Shown piece by piece: positions 18,158-25,779 of a stretch of 27,871 nucleotides of DNA (its first letter is position 1; each line of letters begins with the position of its first letter). The DNA lies in IMG/VR virus record IMGVR_UViG_3300032216_001242, positions 1-27,871 of that record; one strand, written 5' to 3'. Below the pieces are notes generated by a model. It ran no database searches and was not told the origin of the DNA. It worked only from the letters and a program-made list of their open reading frames with translations. Both the position numbers and the translations under genes were made by a program. This DNA is from a virus. Lineage: Duplodnaviria > Caudoviricetes.

Positions 18158-18604
18158 GGCCATCATCGTGTAAAGCACGCCGCTGGAGATGAACCCCAGC
18201 CGCCGATAGAACGCGTCCGTGCTGGCGGGATTGATCCCCGTCGAGACGCCAAAGCGCAACTGCTTGGCTCCGCGACTGAAGCAGAAGGCCGCAGCCGCCT
18301 TGACCAGCCGATAGGCGGCGGACGACCCGCGATAGTCAGGCGCGACGTAAAGGAGCAGATCAAACCCATATTTGTCGGGGCCAAAGAAGAACTCGCTCAC
18401 GCCGCCGACAAACATGCCGACGATCCGCTCGTCCGACTCTGCCACGATGCAGCACATGTCGGGCGAGTCGAGCAGCCTGCGCTCCAAATTGCGGATGTGA
18501 TAGGGCTCGAACGCAAATGGAGAGAAGTCGCTCTCCATGTGCATGTTGGCTCCCATGAACATCAACTGGGCAAAGTCGCTCGGTTGATAGAAGCGGGTCT
18601 TCAT
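18155..18604 (-). CDS. GNAT family N-acetyltransferase
   Basis: LYVAPDYRGS acetyl-CoA motif A and AFYRRLGF motif B; ATG 18604 overlaps the scaffold stop. Confidence 0.85.
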   Translation of the reverse strand: MKTRFYQPSDFAQLMFMGANMHMESDFSPFAFEPYHIRNLERRLLDSPDMCCIVAESDERIVGMFVGGVSEFFFGPDKYGFDLLLYVAPDYRGSSAAYRLVKAAAAFCFSRGAKQLRFGVSTGINPASTDAFYRRLGFISSGVLYTMMA

Positions 18605-19350
18605 TTGCCATACTTCTTGGCAAAGTAATCCTCGACCCGCTTGACGATCTTGGCATCGCGTTCGGCGGGATGCCAATAGGCCTTGCTTTCCATCAGCTTG
18701 CGGATTTCAGCCTCCGACTCTTCGGCGGGACGGCCAGCGTCTCCGTTGTTGACGTCGATGGTGGCGTCTTTGCCGCCACGCATCATGCGCTCCAAGGCCT
18801 TGATGCCCGCCGCCGTCGTGCCAAGTTGCTGCACCGCAGCAAACTCTTCCTTGTCGTCAAAGGTGGTGTTTGCCCAGTTGTTGATGCGCTCGATGCGGGC
18901 CGTGGCGTTTTCGCCCAGCTTCTTCACCTCGTCGTCCATCTTCGGCAGATTGGCGGTCAGGGCGGTAACATACTGATTGATGCCGCTCTGGAACTCATCC
19001 TGCGACAGACCGCGCTTGAACGCCTGTTCGCGCCACCAGCCGACCAGCTCGTGCTTGGCCAGCGCGTCGTGATCCACGCGGTTGTCGTCAAACTTCGGCA
19101 GCTCATACTTCTCGTGCGACTCGGGACGGTCCTTGAGCAGCGTGACGGCCAGCTCTTCGTCTTTCTTGCCGCGCCAGCTCTCCAGCTCGCCATAGCTTTT
19201 GGCGAGGTCTTCGGGCGACTTGAATTTCTCAGGGAGCCACGCAGGGCGGTCGCCCGCTGGCTGGGTGACGGCCTCAGTCGTTTGCGTCTTTTGTTCCGAC
19301 GGGGACGTCTGGTCTGACGCGGGAGCGTCGTTTTGTGTGATCATGCTCAT
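18601..19350 (-). CDS. Capsid assembly scaffolding protein
   Basis: RPAWLPEKFKSPEDLAKSYGELE motif, acidic helical, between portal and capsid genes. Confidence 0.85.
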   Translation of the reverse strand: MSMITQNDAPASDQTSPSEQKTQTTEAVTQPAGDRPAWLPEKFKSPEDLAKSYGELESWRGKKDEELAVTLLKDRPESHEKYELPKFDDNRVDHDALAKHELVGWWREQAFKRGLSQDEFQSGINQYVTALTANLPKMDDEVKKLGENATARIERINNWANTTFDDKEEFAAVQQLGTTAAGIKALERMMRGGKDATIDVNNGDAGRPAEESEAEIRKLMESKAYWHPAERDAKIVKRVEDYFAKKYGK

Positions 19351-19606
19351 TTGGGGGGTTCTCACTTAAATGAATGCGGGCCTGAATGAGATAGACGAGG
19401 AAACGCTGGCCCTCTCTGTGGCGCAACTCGTCGTTGGTAATGGCTGGTCCGCCCGCCGTTTCGATGGTGATCCGACGCAAATGCGCCAGAACCTCGGCTC
19501 CAGCCTGCGAGCGGAACACCGAATGGAACAAGGCGTTGAGGCGGTCCTCTTCCTTTGCGGGGCGCAGAAGCCCGTCAGGCCCTTGGCGGGCTGGCACCTG
19601 TGGCAT
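19274..19606 (-). CDS. Bbp19-like phage protein
   Basis: VF.S..G.EVL.HLR.IT and LRHREGQR.LV..I motifs; directly after portal; GGAG RBS. Confidence 0.75.
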   Translation of the reverse strand: MPQVPARQGPDGLLRPAKEEDRLNALFHSVFRSQAGAEVLAHLRRITIETAGGPAITNDELRHREGQRFLVYLIQARIHLSENPPNEHDHTKRRSRVRPDVPVGTKDAND

Positions 19607-21188
19607 TGGGAGGGGGCTCCTGTGGCTGATTGGGGTTGGGGTTCTGTTGGGCCATGGCCTGCTGCATCTGCTGCATGACCTTGGCGCGTTCGGCTTCCAT
19701 GCGCAGCAGCATCTGCGGGACGCCCAACTTGTCGGCCATGTAGACCGAGACTTCCTCGCCCTTGATGAAAAGGTTGGTCATCTGCGGACCGAACATCTGG
19801 CCAATGGACTGGACGTAGCCCGCCACCGTGGTGACGTCCTGATGCTTCTGGGCCTGCGCCAAAGGCGATGTCGGCATCACCTTGACCTGACGGCCATTGA
19901 CGGTCGGCAGCTTAATGCGGCCCTGCTTTTTCAAAATCCAGACGACGCGGCGGATGAACTTTTCGATCAGCTCGGTCTGCAAGCGTCCAAACGCGCTCCC
20001 GATCTGGCGCGACAGGTCGGCCATGCGGGCCGAAACTTCGGTCGCCGAGGCGGGCGTCTTGTCGGGATTGCCCAGCATGTCGTTGTAAAGGGCGCGTTTG
20101 ATGTTGGCGCGCATGTCGGTGAGGATCAGCTGCGCTACGTCAAAGTTGCCAGCCGCCGTCAGAGAGCGCATTTGAGAACCTGGGGCAATCGGGATGATGG
20201 TTCCCGGCAGCAGCTCGATGTTGTCCACGTTGATGACCCCGTCGTCCTCCGCCGTGTAGATACCCGAAATCGCCATCTCGGCATTCTCAAGGATCAGCTC
20301 GACGGTCAAGTTGCACGTCTTTACGGCGGGCATGGCGTTGAGCAGCGGGCCGCGACCCCACGCCTCGCCAGCCATCTTGGACCAGCGGAACACGATGAAC
20401 GGGTTGGATCCGATCCCAGTATAGTCTTGCTTGAGGATTGTCTCGGACGTCGCGCGGTCGATGACGTAGAAGCACCACGTCTCGTCCACCTCGTCCCAAT
20501 CGCGCATCACGACTTCCAGCAGCTCGATCATCTTGTCCTCGTTGTTGTCGAGGGAGTCGGCTTGATCCTTGGTCAGACGGGCCTTGGGGTATTTTTGCCT
20601 GATCTGGGAGACGCGCAGTTTGCGCTCACGCGCCACATAATCCACGGAGTCGTCGGGACCAACGTCGATGTAGAGCTGTGACAGGGGGATCGCGGTGCAG
20701 CGAATTGGGTGTAGGATGTCATCGCCCTCGTCCACATGTAGCGTTCCAGTGCCCACTGCCAGATCGAGAAAGGCTTCCGCCACCTCCTGCGCAAAGTTGC
20801 TTCCGTTGATGACGTCAAAGATGTATTCGGTCACGCCCTGCAAGGCGGCGTTGACCTCCTCACGGTCCTGCTTGTCGATCTCGGAGCCAGCTTCCAACTC
20901 CGACCAGCGGGCGTAATTGGGGCAGATGCCCGCTTGCAGGCGGCTGGCAAACTCCTGCACGCCAACCACGGCGGTCTCATCGAAGATTTTATTGGTGCGC
21001 CGCTGAGCGTTGGCCTGCAAAAAAACGCTTTCTTTCCCCGGCATGGCGTATTCGTAACATTCCTCGAACATGTTGAGCCACGGCTGCTTGAGCTGCGACG
21101 CACGTTTGAAGCGGGCGACGGCGATGACGCTGTCGTCCTTTTCGGAACGTTCGGTTGGAATGGGCGCGCTGGGGATAATGACTGTCAT
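19575..21188 (-). CDS. Portal (head-to-tail connector) protein
   Basis: IFDETAVVGVQEFASRLQ, GEAWGRGP, SATEV..R motifs; Gln/Pro-rich C-terminus. Confidence 0.92.
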   Translation of the reverse strand: MTVIIPSAPIPTERSEKDDSVIAVARFKRASQLKQPWLNMFEECYEYAMPGKESVFLQANAQRRTNKIFDETAVVGVQEFASRLQAGICPNYARWSELEAGSEIDKQDREEVNAALQGVTEYIFDVINGSNFAQEVAEAFLDLAVGTGTLHVDEGDDILHPIRCTAIPLSQLYIDVGPDDSVDYVARERKLRVSQIRQKYPKARLTKDQADSLDNNEDKMIELLEVVMRDWDEVDETWCFYVIDRATSETILKQDYTGIGSNPFIVFRWSKMAGEAWGRGPLLNAMPAVKTCNLTVELILENAEMAISGIYTAEDDGVINVDNIELLPGTIIPIAPGSQMRSLTAAGNFDVAQLILTDMRANIKRALYNDMLGNPDKTPASATEVSARMADLSRQIGSAFGRLQTELIEKFIRRVVWILKKQGRIKLPTVNGRQVKVMPTSPLAQAQKHQDVTTVAGYVQSIGQMFGPQMTNLFIKGEEVSVYMADKLGVPQMLLRMEAERAKVMQQMQQAMAQQNPNPNQPQEPPPNATGASPPRA

Positions 21189-21400
21189 TTTGATGCCGGA
21201 CTGAGAAAGCCGCCAGTGTTGGAACCGAGAAGGGAGCGCGTGCCGTAAAAGCCGTAGGCTTTCGACTTGGCCAGCTCAGTCTGCGAGTCCTTTTCAGAGG
21301 CGAGCTTTGCCGCGTTTTGTTCAAACTGCGCTTGCTTCTGCGCTTCGATGGCAGGATCGGGTGGTGGAACAGGGGGCGGTTTAGGTGCGCTGAAACACAT
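21185..21400 (-). CDS. Small pre-portal protein
   Basis: MCFSAPKPPPVPPP...GTRSLL pattern; AGGAG RBS; stop overlaps the portal start. Confidence 0.7.
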   Translation of the reverse strand: MCFSAPKPPPVPPPDPAIEAQKQAQFEQNAAKLASEKDSQTELAKSKAYGFYGTRSLLGSNTGGFLSPASK

Positions 21401-21446
21401 GGCATACTCCTGATGTTTTCAACCGATGCACCAACTCACCGTTTTA

Positions 21447-22961
21447 TTACAATGCACTGGTCAGGCGGCGGCTGCGCGGACGGCGGGCCAGCACGTCGTA
21501 ATTGCCCTTGGCCTGCACGGGCCGCTGCGCGCCTTGGCCAATGGTCAGGCTGCGGCTTTCTCCGCCACCGCACAGCGCATATTGCAGCGCGTCATGGACG
21601 TGGGAGAACTTGTTCTTGTTGGGAGTGCTTTCAAACCGCTCGGTCCCAGAGACTTGCATCCGCCGATAATGATAGCCGCCCGTGAAGCCTTTGCGCAGAT
21701 TGACGCAGCGAGGGTCCAGCAACATGCTGGGCTCCTTGTCGATGACGCGCGTCAGCGGGTTCGCCACTGCTTCAATGCGAAGTGCGGGATCGTTGGTGGG
21801 AGCCGCCCGTGCCGTGATCCCCGCAGTGCGCAGGATTTGAAAAGGGGTGCGCTCATCTGTTTGGGCGCGGTAATCGCCTGCGGGATCGCCCCAGACATGA
21901 TAGCTGAAGCCGGGGAACTGGATCGCGCATTCGGTGCGCACCAGCTCCGAGAAGCGGACAATGCCCATGTCGGTCGCCACCAGCTCGCGCAGGATAAGCC
22001 AGCGATGACGAACGCGCTGACAGAACACGGCGGACGGGGTGAGCCCGAAGTCCATGCCGATAATGATGGGGATGTTGGGAACGGGTTGCAGCGGGTCTTT
22101 GGCGACATGCACATCCTCATCGAAGTCAGGATAGACAGGTTTGCCGTCGGACAGAGACGCCAGTTTGTTCAGCACATAGACGGCGATCCAGTCTTTGGAC
22201 TTGCCTTGGATGATGCGGGAATAATAGTCGGGGGTCAGGTTTTGGATGTTCTCGGCCTTGGGATTGATCTCATAGCCAATCACTTCGCGGTCAGGCCCAT
22301 AGGTGGGGACCATGCCGCCGGGCTGGTTGAAGAACTTCCAAGTCTCGGGCTTCACCAGCATGAGGGCTTCCTCACGGCTGATGTGATCGGGCAGGGGGGC
22401 TTCACCCGCCATGATCGGCCACCAATGGTCATCGTCTGGCGCATTGGTGTCGGCGATCACGCCATACCATGACGGCCCGCCGTCCTTCATTGAAGGGTAG
22501 CGGCCCACGCGCATGGTGCAGGCGTCGATGATGGACTTGGGCAGCTCGCGCGCTTCGTTGACCCAGACGCCCGTCAGCTCCAGCGATAGGAGCTTCTTGA
22601 CGTCTTCGGGCCTGTCGAGGGCGAGGAACAGGATTTCCAGCTCCATGTCTCCCTTGCGGAGCATGTGTCGATAGGGCGGGGGGTGCATGACTATCGGACC
22701 CCAAATGTCCTCGGGGAACCATTGCAGCCACGTTTGCATCGTCGTGGTGCGCAGCATGGGGTAGGAGTTGCGGACGATGGCCCAGCGGGAACGGCGGATG
22801 CCGTCTGGCCCCTTCTTCTGGGCCAGAGCTTTCATGAATATGCCGACGCAGCAGCAGGCCGATTTGCCTGAGCCAACCGGACCGCGCAGCGCACGAAAGA
22901 ATGAGTCGTCGAGCAGGAACTGCTTGAGGGTTTCCCCGCCCGGTTTGTAAAAGAAGCTCAT
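21447..22961 (-). CDS. terL: Terminase large subunit
   Basis: Walker A GPVGSGKS, Walker B VWVNEARE, ADTNAP coupling motif, RNase H-like IIGMDFG and SHVHDALQY. Confidence 0.93.
   Translation of the reverse strand: MSFFYKPGGETLKQFLLDDSFFRALRGPVGSGKSACCCVGIFMKALAQKKGPDGIRRSRWAIVRNSYPMLRTTTMQTWLQWFPEDIWGPIVMHPPPYRHMLRKGDMELEILFLALDRPEDVKKLLSLELTGVWVNEARELPKSIIDACTMRVGRYPSMKDGGPSWYGVIADTNAPDDDHWWPIMAGEAPLPDHISREEALMLVKPETWKFFNQPGGMVPTYGPDREVIGYEINPKAENIQNLTPDYYSRIIQGKSKDWIAVYVLNKLASLSDGKPVYPDFDEDVHVAKDPLQPVPNIPIIIGMDFGLTPSAVFCQRVRHRWLILRELVATDMGIVRFSELVRTECAIQFPGFSYHVWGDPAGDYRAQTDERTPFQILRTAGITARAAPTNDPALRIEAVANPLTRVIDKEPSMLLDPRCVNLRKGFTGGYHYRRMQVSGTERFESTPNKNKFSHVHDALQYALCGGGESRSLTIGQGAQRPVQAKGNYDVLARRPRSRRLTSAL
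21450..21465 (-). promoter_or_regulatory. Late motif copy upstream of the portal block (CCTGACCAGTGCATTG)
   Basis: Embedded in the last terL codons; 15 nt identical to the copy at 24536-24550. Confidence 0.7.
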
Positions 22962-23122
22962 TTGCGCTTGGCGTTGATCTTCTTCAGATTGGCCTTGTCT
23001 TGCTTCATGTCCGCCTTGGAGCCTTCATACTTCTTGCCTGCGCCGACCTTCTTCTGGCCAGCCTTGTCGGCTTTCTTGTCTATGGCGGTTTTCTCGTATT
23101 GCTTCATCGTCATCTTGGCCAT
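22958..23122 (-). CDS. Small Lys-rich hypothetical protein
   Basis: 54 aa, very basic; stop overlaps the terL start. Confidence 0.6.
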   Translation of the reverse strand: MAKMTMKQYEKTAIDKKADKAGQKKVGAGKKYEGSKADMKQDKANLKKINAKRK

Positions 23123-23123
23123 G

Positions 23124-23429
23124 TCATTTGCCTTTTGATTTGTTGCGTTTGGAGATAGCCGCCGCCTTCGATTTGGCGTCGGCTTTAGAGGAAGCACCCC
23201 ACGCCTTGAGAGACAGGGTCAGCCGAGTGGGCTCCCCATTGGGCTTCTTCTCAGGGCCGGGCATGTTGCCCATGCGGGCAAGGAAGCTGGCTCGGCGAGG
23301 GTTGTCGCCGGACTTCACGGGCGGTTTGAGGTCGTGGCCTTCCTTCTTGGCGGAAGCCCGACCCTTGGCGTTCAAACCCCCAGCGGGGTTCTTGCCTTCT
23401 TTGCGCTGCCAAGCAGGGGACTTCGCCAT
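23124..23429 (-). CDS. Small basic phage protein (DUF6321-like)
   Basis: AWQRKEGKNPAGGLNAKGRAS..RRASFLARM motif, recalled as widespread in phages. Confidence 0.7.
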   Translation of the reverse strand: MAKSPAWQRKEGKNPAGGLNAKGRASAKKEGHDLKPPVKSGDNPRRASFLARMGNMPGPEKKPNGEPTRLTLSLKAWGASSKADAKSKAAAISKRNKSKGK

Positions 23430-23650
23430 TAGACCAATCCTCTGTCGAGAGCTTTTTTGATGATGGCTTCGCCAGTCGCTGGCCCCATTGCGTCGATCAG
23501 CTTGTCAGCTTCGTAGTCGGTAATCTTTTCAGTGGGGTAGTGGGCGAAGTGAACCGTCTTCACCACTTTGCGTAGGCGTTCTCGGTCCACCACGGACAGC
23601 CGACTGGACCAAGTGCCTTCATCTTTGGGGGTCAGAAGCAGTTCAGCCAC
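23429..23650 (-). CDS. Hypothetical phage protein
   Basis: RLRKVVKTVHFAHYPTEKITDYEADKLI; GTG start coupled to neighbouring genes. Confidence 0.65.
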   Translation of the reverse strand: MAELLLTPKDEGTWSSRLSVVDRERLRKVVKTVHFAHYPTEKITDYEADKLIDAMGPATGEAIIKKALDRGLV

Positions 23651-23837
23651 GAGGCTTCGAGGCCTTCACGGACGGAGTGGCCTTGCCAGCCTTGAGGCCA
23701 GTGCCGGAGTATTCGCCGCCAGCCGCGCCTTGGCCCAAGGATTTGTCTGCGGGACGCAGGGTAGGGTGGCCTGCCGCGCCAAGCATACGGGAGTCCGCAT
23801 ATACGTTGCGGGAGAACCCGCCTTTGCCTTTAGCCAT
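23643..23837 (-). CDS. Small Gly/Lys-rich hypothetical protein
   Basis: AGGAGAG RBS before ATG 23837 (MAKGKGG...). Confidence 0.6.
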   Translation of the reverse strand: MAKGKGGFSRNVYADSRMLGAAGHPTLRPADKSLGQGAAGGEYSGTGLKAGKATPSVKASKPRG

Positions 23838-23902
23838 GTCACTCTCCTGTTTGTTGGCTTTGAGTTCAACGGTCTCATCAAGCAGACCAAATGGGTTTTT
23901 GT

Positions 23903-24232
23903 TCATGCAATCGGGCCTATGGCGTTGGAATTGGCGGAGCCAGAATTTGTGCCATTGGACGCAACCACATGAACCGTGATCAGCTGCCCGACCTCGGTGG
24001 CCGTTAGCACATAGGTCGAAGCCGTCGCCCCAGCGATCACCGTGCTGTTGCGCCGCCATTGATAGGTGTAGGAGCTGGGCGACCCAGTCCACGATCCCGT
24101 CGTGACAGACAAGGTCGATCCGCTGGTGGCCGTCCCCGTCAGCACAGGGTTGACCGTCACGTTCACATTGGAGGGCTTGCTCTTGGCAGACCCACCACTT
24201 GCATTGTCAAAGCCAAAGCTGTGGCCAAACAT
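23903..24232 (-). CDS. Ig-like domain protein, putative head spike/fibre
   Basis: P.LTGTATSGSTLSVTTGSWTG...YTYQWRR....IAGATASTYVLT..EVG..ITV.V.ASN Ig-like signature; TGATG coupling to the upstream gene. Confidence 0.7.
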   Translation of the reverse strand: MFGHSFGFDNASGGSAKSKPSNVNVTVNPVLTGTATSGSTLSVTTGSWTGSPSSYTYQWRRNSTVIAGATASTYVLTATEVGQLITVHVVASNGTNSGSANSNAIGPIA

Positions 24233-24480
24233 CAACGTAGCCCGACGATGCCAGATGCGGTCGTGCCAGTGGCCATCACCTTCTGGATGCCGAAGGCCAA
24301 GACGCTGCCAGCCGCCACGTTTGTGAAGGTCACAGCAGACGCATCGCCATCCAGCACAAGAGCGACGTTGCCGCCCGTGCCGACGTAAATCCCAATGAGG
24401 TCAAGGACAGTCGTGTCGCTGGGCGTCACAGCCTTGGCGTGATGCGCCACATACATCGGGTTAAATTCATAGACGCTCAT
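24232..24480 (-). CDS. Head spike base protein (RcGTA Rcc01079-like)
   Basis: AVTPSD...IYVGTGGNV......VTFTNVAAGSVL....KVMATGTTASGIVGL; AAGGAG RBS. Confidence 0.75.
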   Translation of the reverse strand: MSVYEFNPMYVAHHAKAVTPSDTTVLDLIGIYVGTGGNVALVLDGDASAVTFTNVAAGSVLAFGIQKVMATGTTASGIVGLR

Positions 24481-24534
24481 AAGGCGGCTCCTTTGTAATC
24501 GTGGAGCTAACCTGTCACAGACCACCAACTGCTA

Positions 24535-24550
24535 AAATGCACTGGTCAGG
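24535..24550 (-). promoter_or_regulatory. Late motif copy upstream of the spike-base gene (CCTGACCAGTGCATTT)
   Basis: Intergenic; 15 nt identical to the copy at 21451-21465. Confidence 0.7.
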
Positions 24551-24675
24551 TATAGAGGAGGGGAAAATAATCGGAAGGGTATAGGCGGGAAACATACTGG
24601 TGAGGGTTGTCACCTAAGCCGAAGGCTAAGAGTTTTTGACCCCCCCTCGTCTATAGAGGCACCATGGACAGGTTT

Positions 24676-25074
24676 TCAGCTCAGGTCGATGGACACCTGT
24701 AGGTCGCCCTGCATCTGGATCTGCTTCCTCTCGATGGGCTTGAACCCTGCGCGATCAAGGATGTCTGCGGCACTCTGCATCTTCACGAGTTCACTCTTAG
24801 CGTTACGAGCCAATCCAACCATGGTCGCCAGTGCTGCTGGTGCGTGCCTACCCAGAGTGAGCATGGTCTCATCATAAATCGCTTTACATATCAATGGGTT
24901 CTTCATGAGGCGATTGGCTTCGACGTGCGCTGATTTCTCTGCGTAACCAGCCTCTACCGCTGCGGCCTTCAGCTGCCCGCCGTTCGCTACATACTCATCC
25001 ACGAAGCGGCTCTGTTTGTCCGTCATTCCCTTGCGTGGCTGATACTCGATGAGCGACAGATCAGTGTTGGACAT
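24676..25074 (-). CDS. terS: Terminase small subunit
   Basis: MTDKQSRFVDEYV..G...AAAVEAGYAEKSAHVEANRLM HTH-like motif, AADILDRAGFKP; AAGGA RBS before ATG 25074. Confidence 0.85.
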   Translation of the reverse strand: MSNTDLSLIEYQPRKGMTDKQSRFVDEYVANGGQLKAAAVEAGYAEKSAHVEANRLMKNPLICKAIYDETMLTLGRHAPAALATMVGLARNAKSELVKMQSAADILDRAGFKPIERKQIQMQGDLQVSIDLS

Positions 25075-25138
25075 GGTCTCTTGTTCCTTTCTCAATGGAC
25101 CCCCCTGCCCCCCAATGTGAGGGAGTATGAGATTGTGT

Positions 25139-25152
25139 CAATGCACAGGTCA
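25139..25152 (-). promoter_or_regulatory. Late motif copy upstream of terS (TGACCTGTGCATTG running into TTGACA)
   Basis: Motif merges with a consensus -35 TTGACA; lies just downstream of a terminator. Confidence 0.7.
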
Positions 25153-25158
25153 CGGAGC

Positions 25159-25178
25159 AAAAGGGGGGAAGACCCCCC
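25159..25178 (-). terminator. Terminator of the 25184-25405 gene
   Basis: GGGGGG-TCTT-CCCCCC-TTTT on the minus strand. Confidence 0.65.
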
Positions 25179-25183
25179 TCGAT

Positions 25184-25405
25184 CTACGCCCAGCGGATAA
25201 GATCGGCACGAGTGACCTCGTTCAAGAACAGTTCGAGCTTGGCGCGCAGTCGTTCGATATAGGCGTGTTGGCTACCGATCTCAGCCTCAATCTTGATGAT
25301 CTGCGCATACAGAACGTGGCGGTCGTAAAGGTTCTTGCTCTGCAAACAGGCCAATTTGGCGTTGCGAAGTTGAGCCAACATCAATGTCTTTGATTTATGT
25401 GTCAT
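25184..25405 (-). CDS. Small basic helical hypothetical protein
   Basis: AAGGAG RBS before ATG 25405 (MTHKSK...); own terminator. Confidence 0.6.
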   Translation of the reverse strand: MTHKSKTLMLAQLRNAKLACLQSKNLYDRHVLYAQIIKIEAEIGSQHAYIERLRAKLELFLNEVTRADLIRWA

Positions 25406-25451
25406 CGTCTTGCTCCTTAAACAGAAACCAGCCTCCTTGCTGGCCCGCGTA

Positions 25452-25534
25452 GTGTCCATGTCCGCAGCTCGGCGCAAGGGCGGCTTCTTGGCCGCTTGCG
25501 AAGCCCTTGAGCAAGAGACCGGACATGATACGAT
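25452..25534. promoter_or_regulatory. Long branched hairpin with TTGAGC-16-TACGAT in one arm (Frpo-like ssDNA promoter candidate)
   Basis: CATGTCCG 25457-25464 / CGGACATG 25520-25527; CAAGGGC 25475-25481 / GCCCTTG 25503-25509. Confidence 0.5.
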
Positions 25535-25678
25535 CAGCGGACAGCGGAGAGGCCGACGCTCCGCAGACGCCCGGCGTCGAGGACAGCGGCGACATGATAG
25601 GCGTGACTCAGCCATGCGTGTGGAGCAGAAGACGCTTTGTAATGGAGGCGAGCTATGCAATCCGAGGTAGAGCACCAC

Positions 25679-25718
25679 ATGCACTACCCCTGCACGGTAT
25701 GCACTACCCCTGCACGGT
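25679..25718. repeat. Perfect 2 x 20 bp tandem repeat ATGCACTACCCCTGCACGGT
   Basis: Read directly from the sequence. Confidence 0.9.
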
Positions 25719-25779
25719 TTGCCTCGCGCGCGTATCCTTACCTATAGATAATATATACTAGATATATAATAACCATTAG
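25679..25779. other. Origin-like element: tandem repeat, CGCGCGCG and AT-rich tract
   Basis: TATAGATAATATATACTAGATATATAATAA in an otherwise GC-rich non-coding region at the strand switch. Confidence 0.45.

Noticed and set aside
19434-22472. Plus-strand ORFs of 415 aa and 348 aa opposite portal and terL
   Set aside because: Antisense shadows of well-supported genes
25679-25718. CRISPR-like repeat
   Set aside because: Only two abutting copies with no spacer and no cas genes
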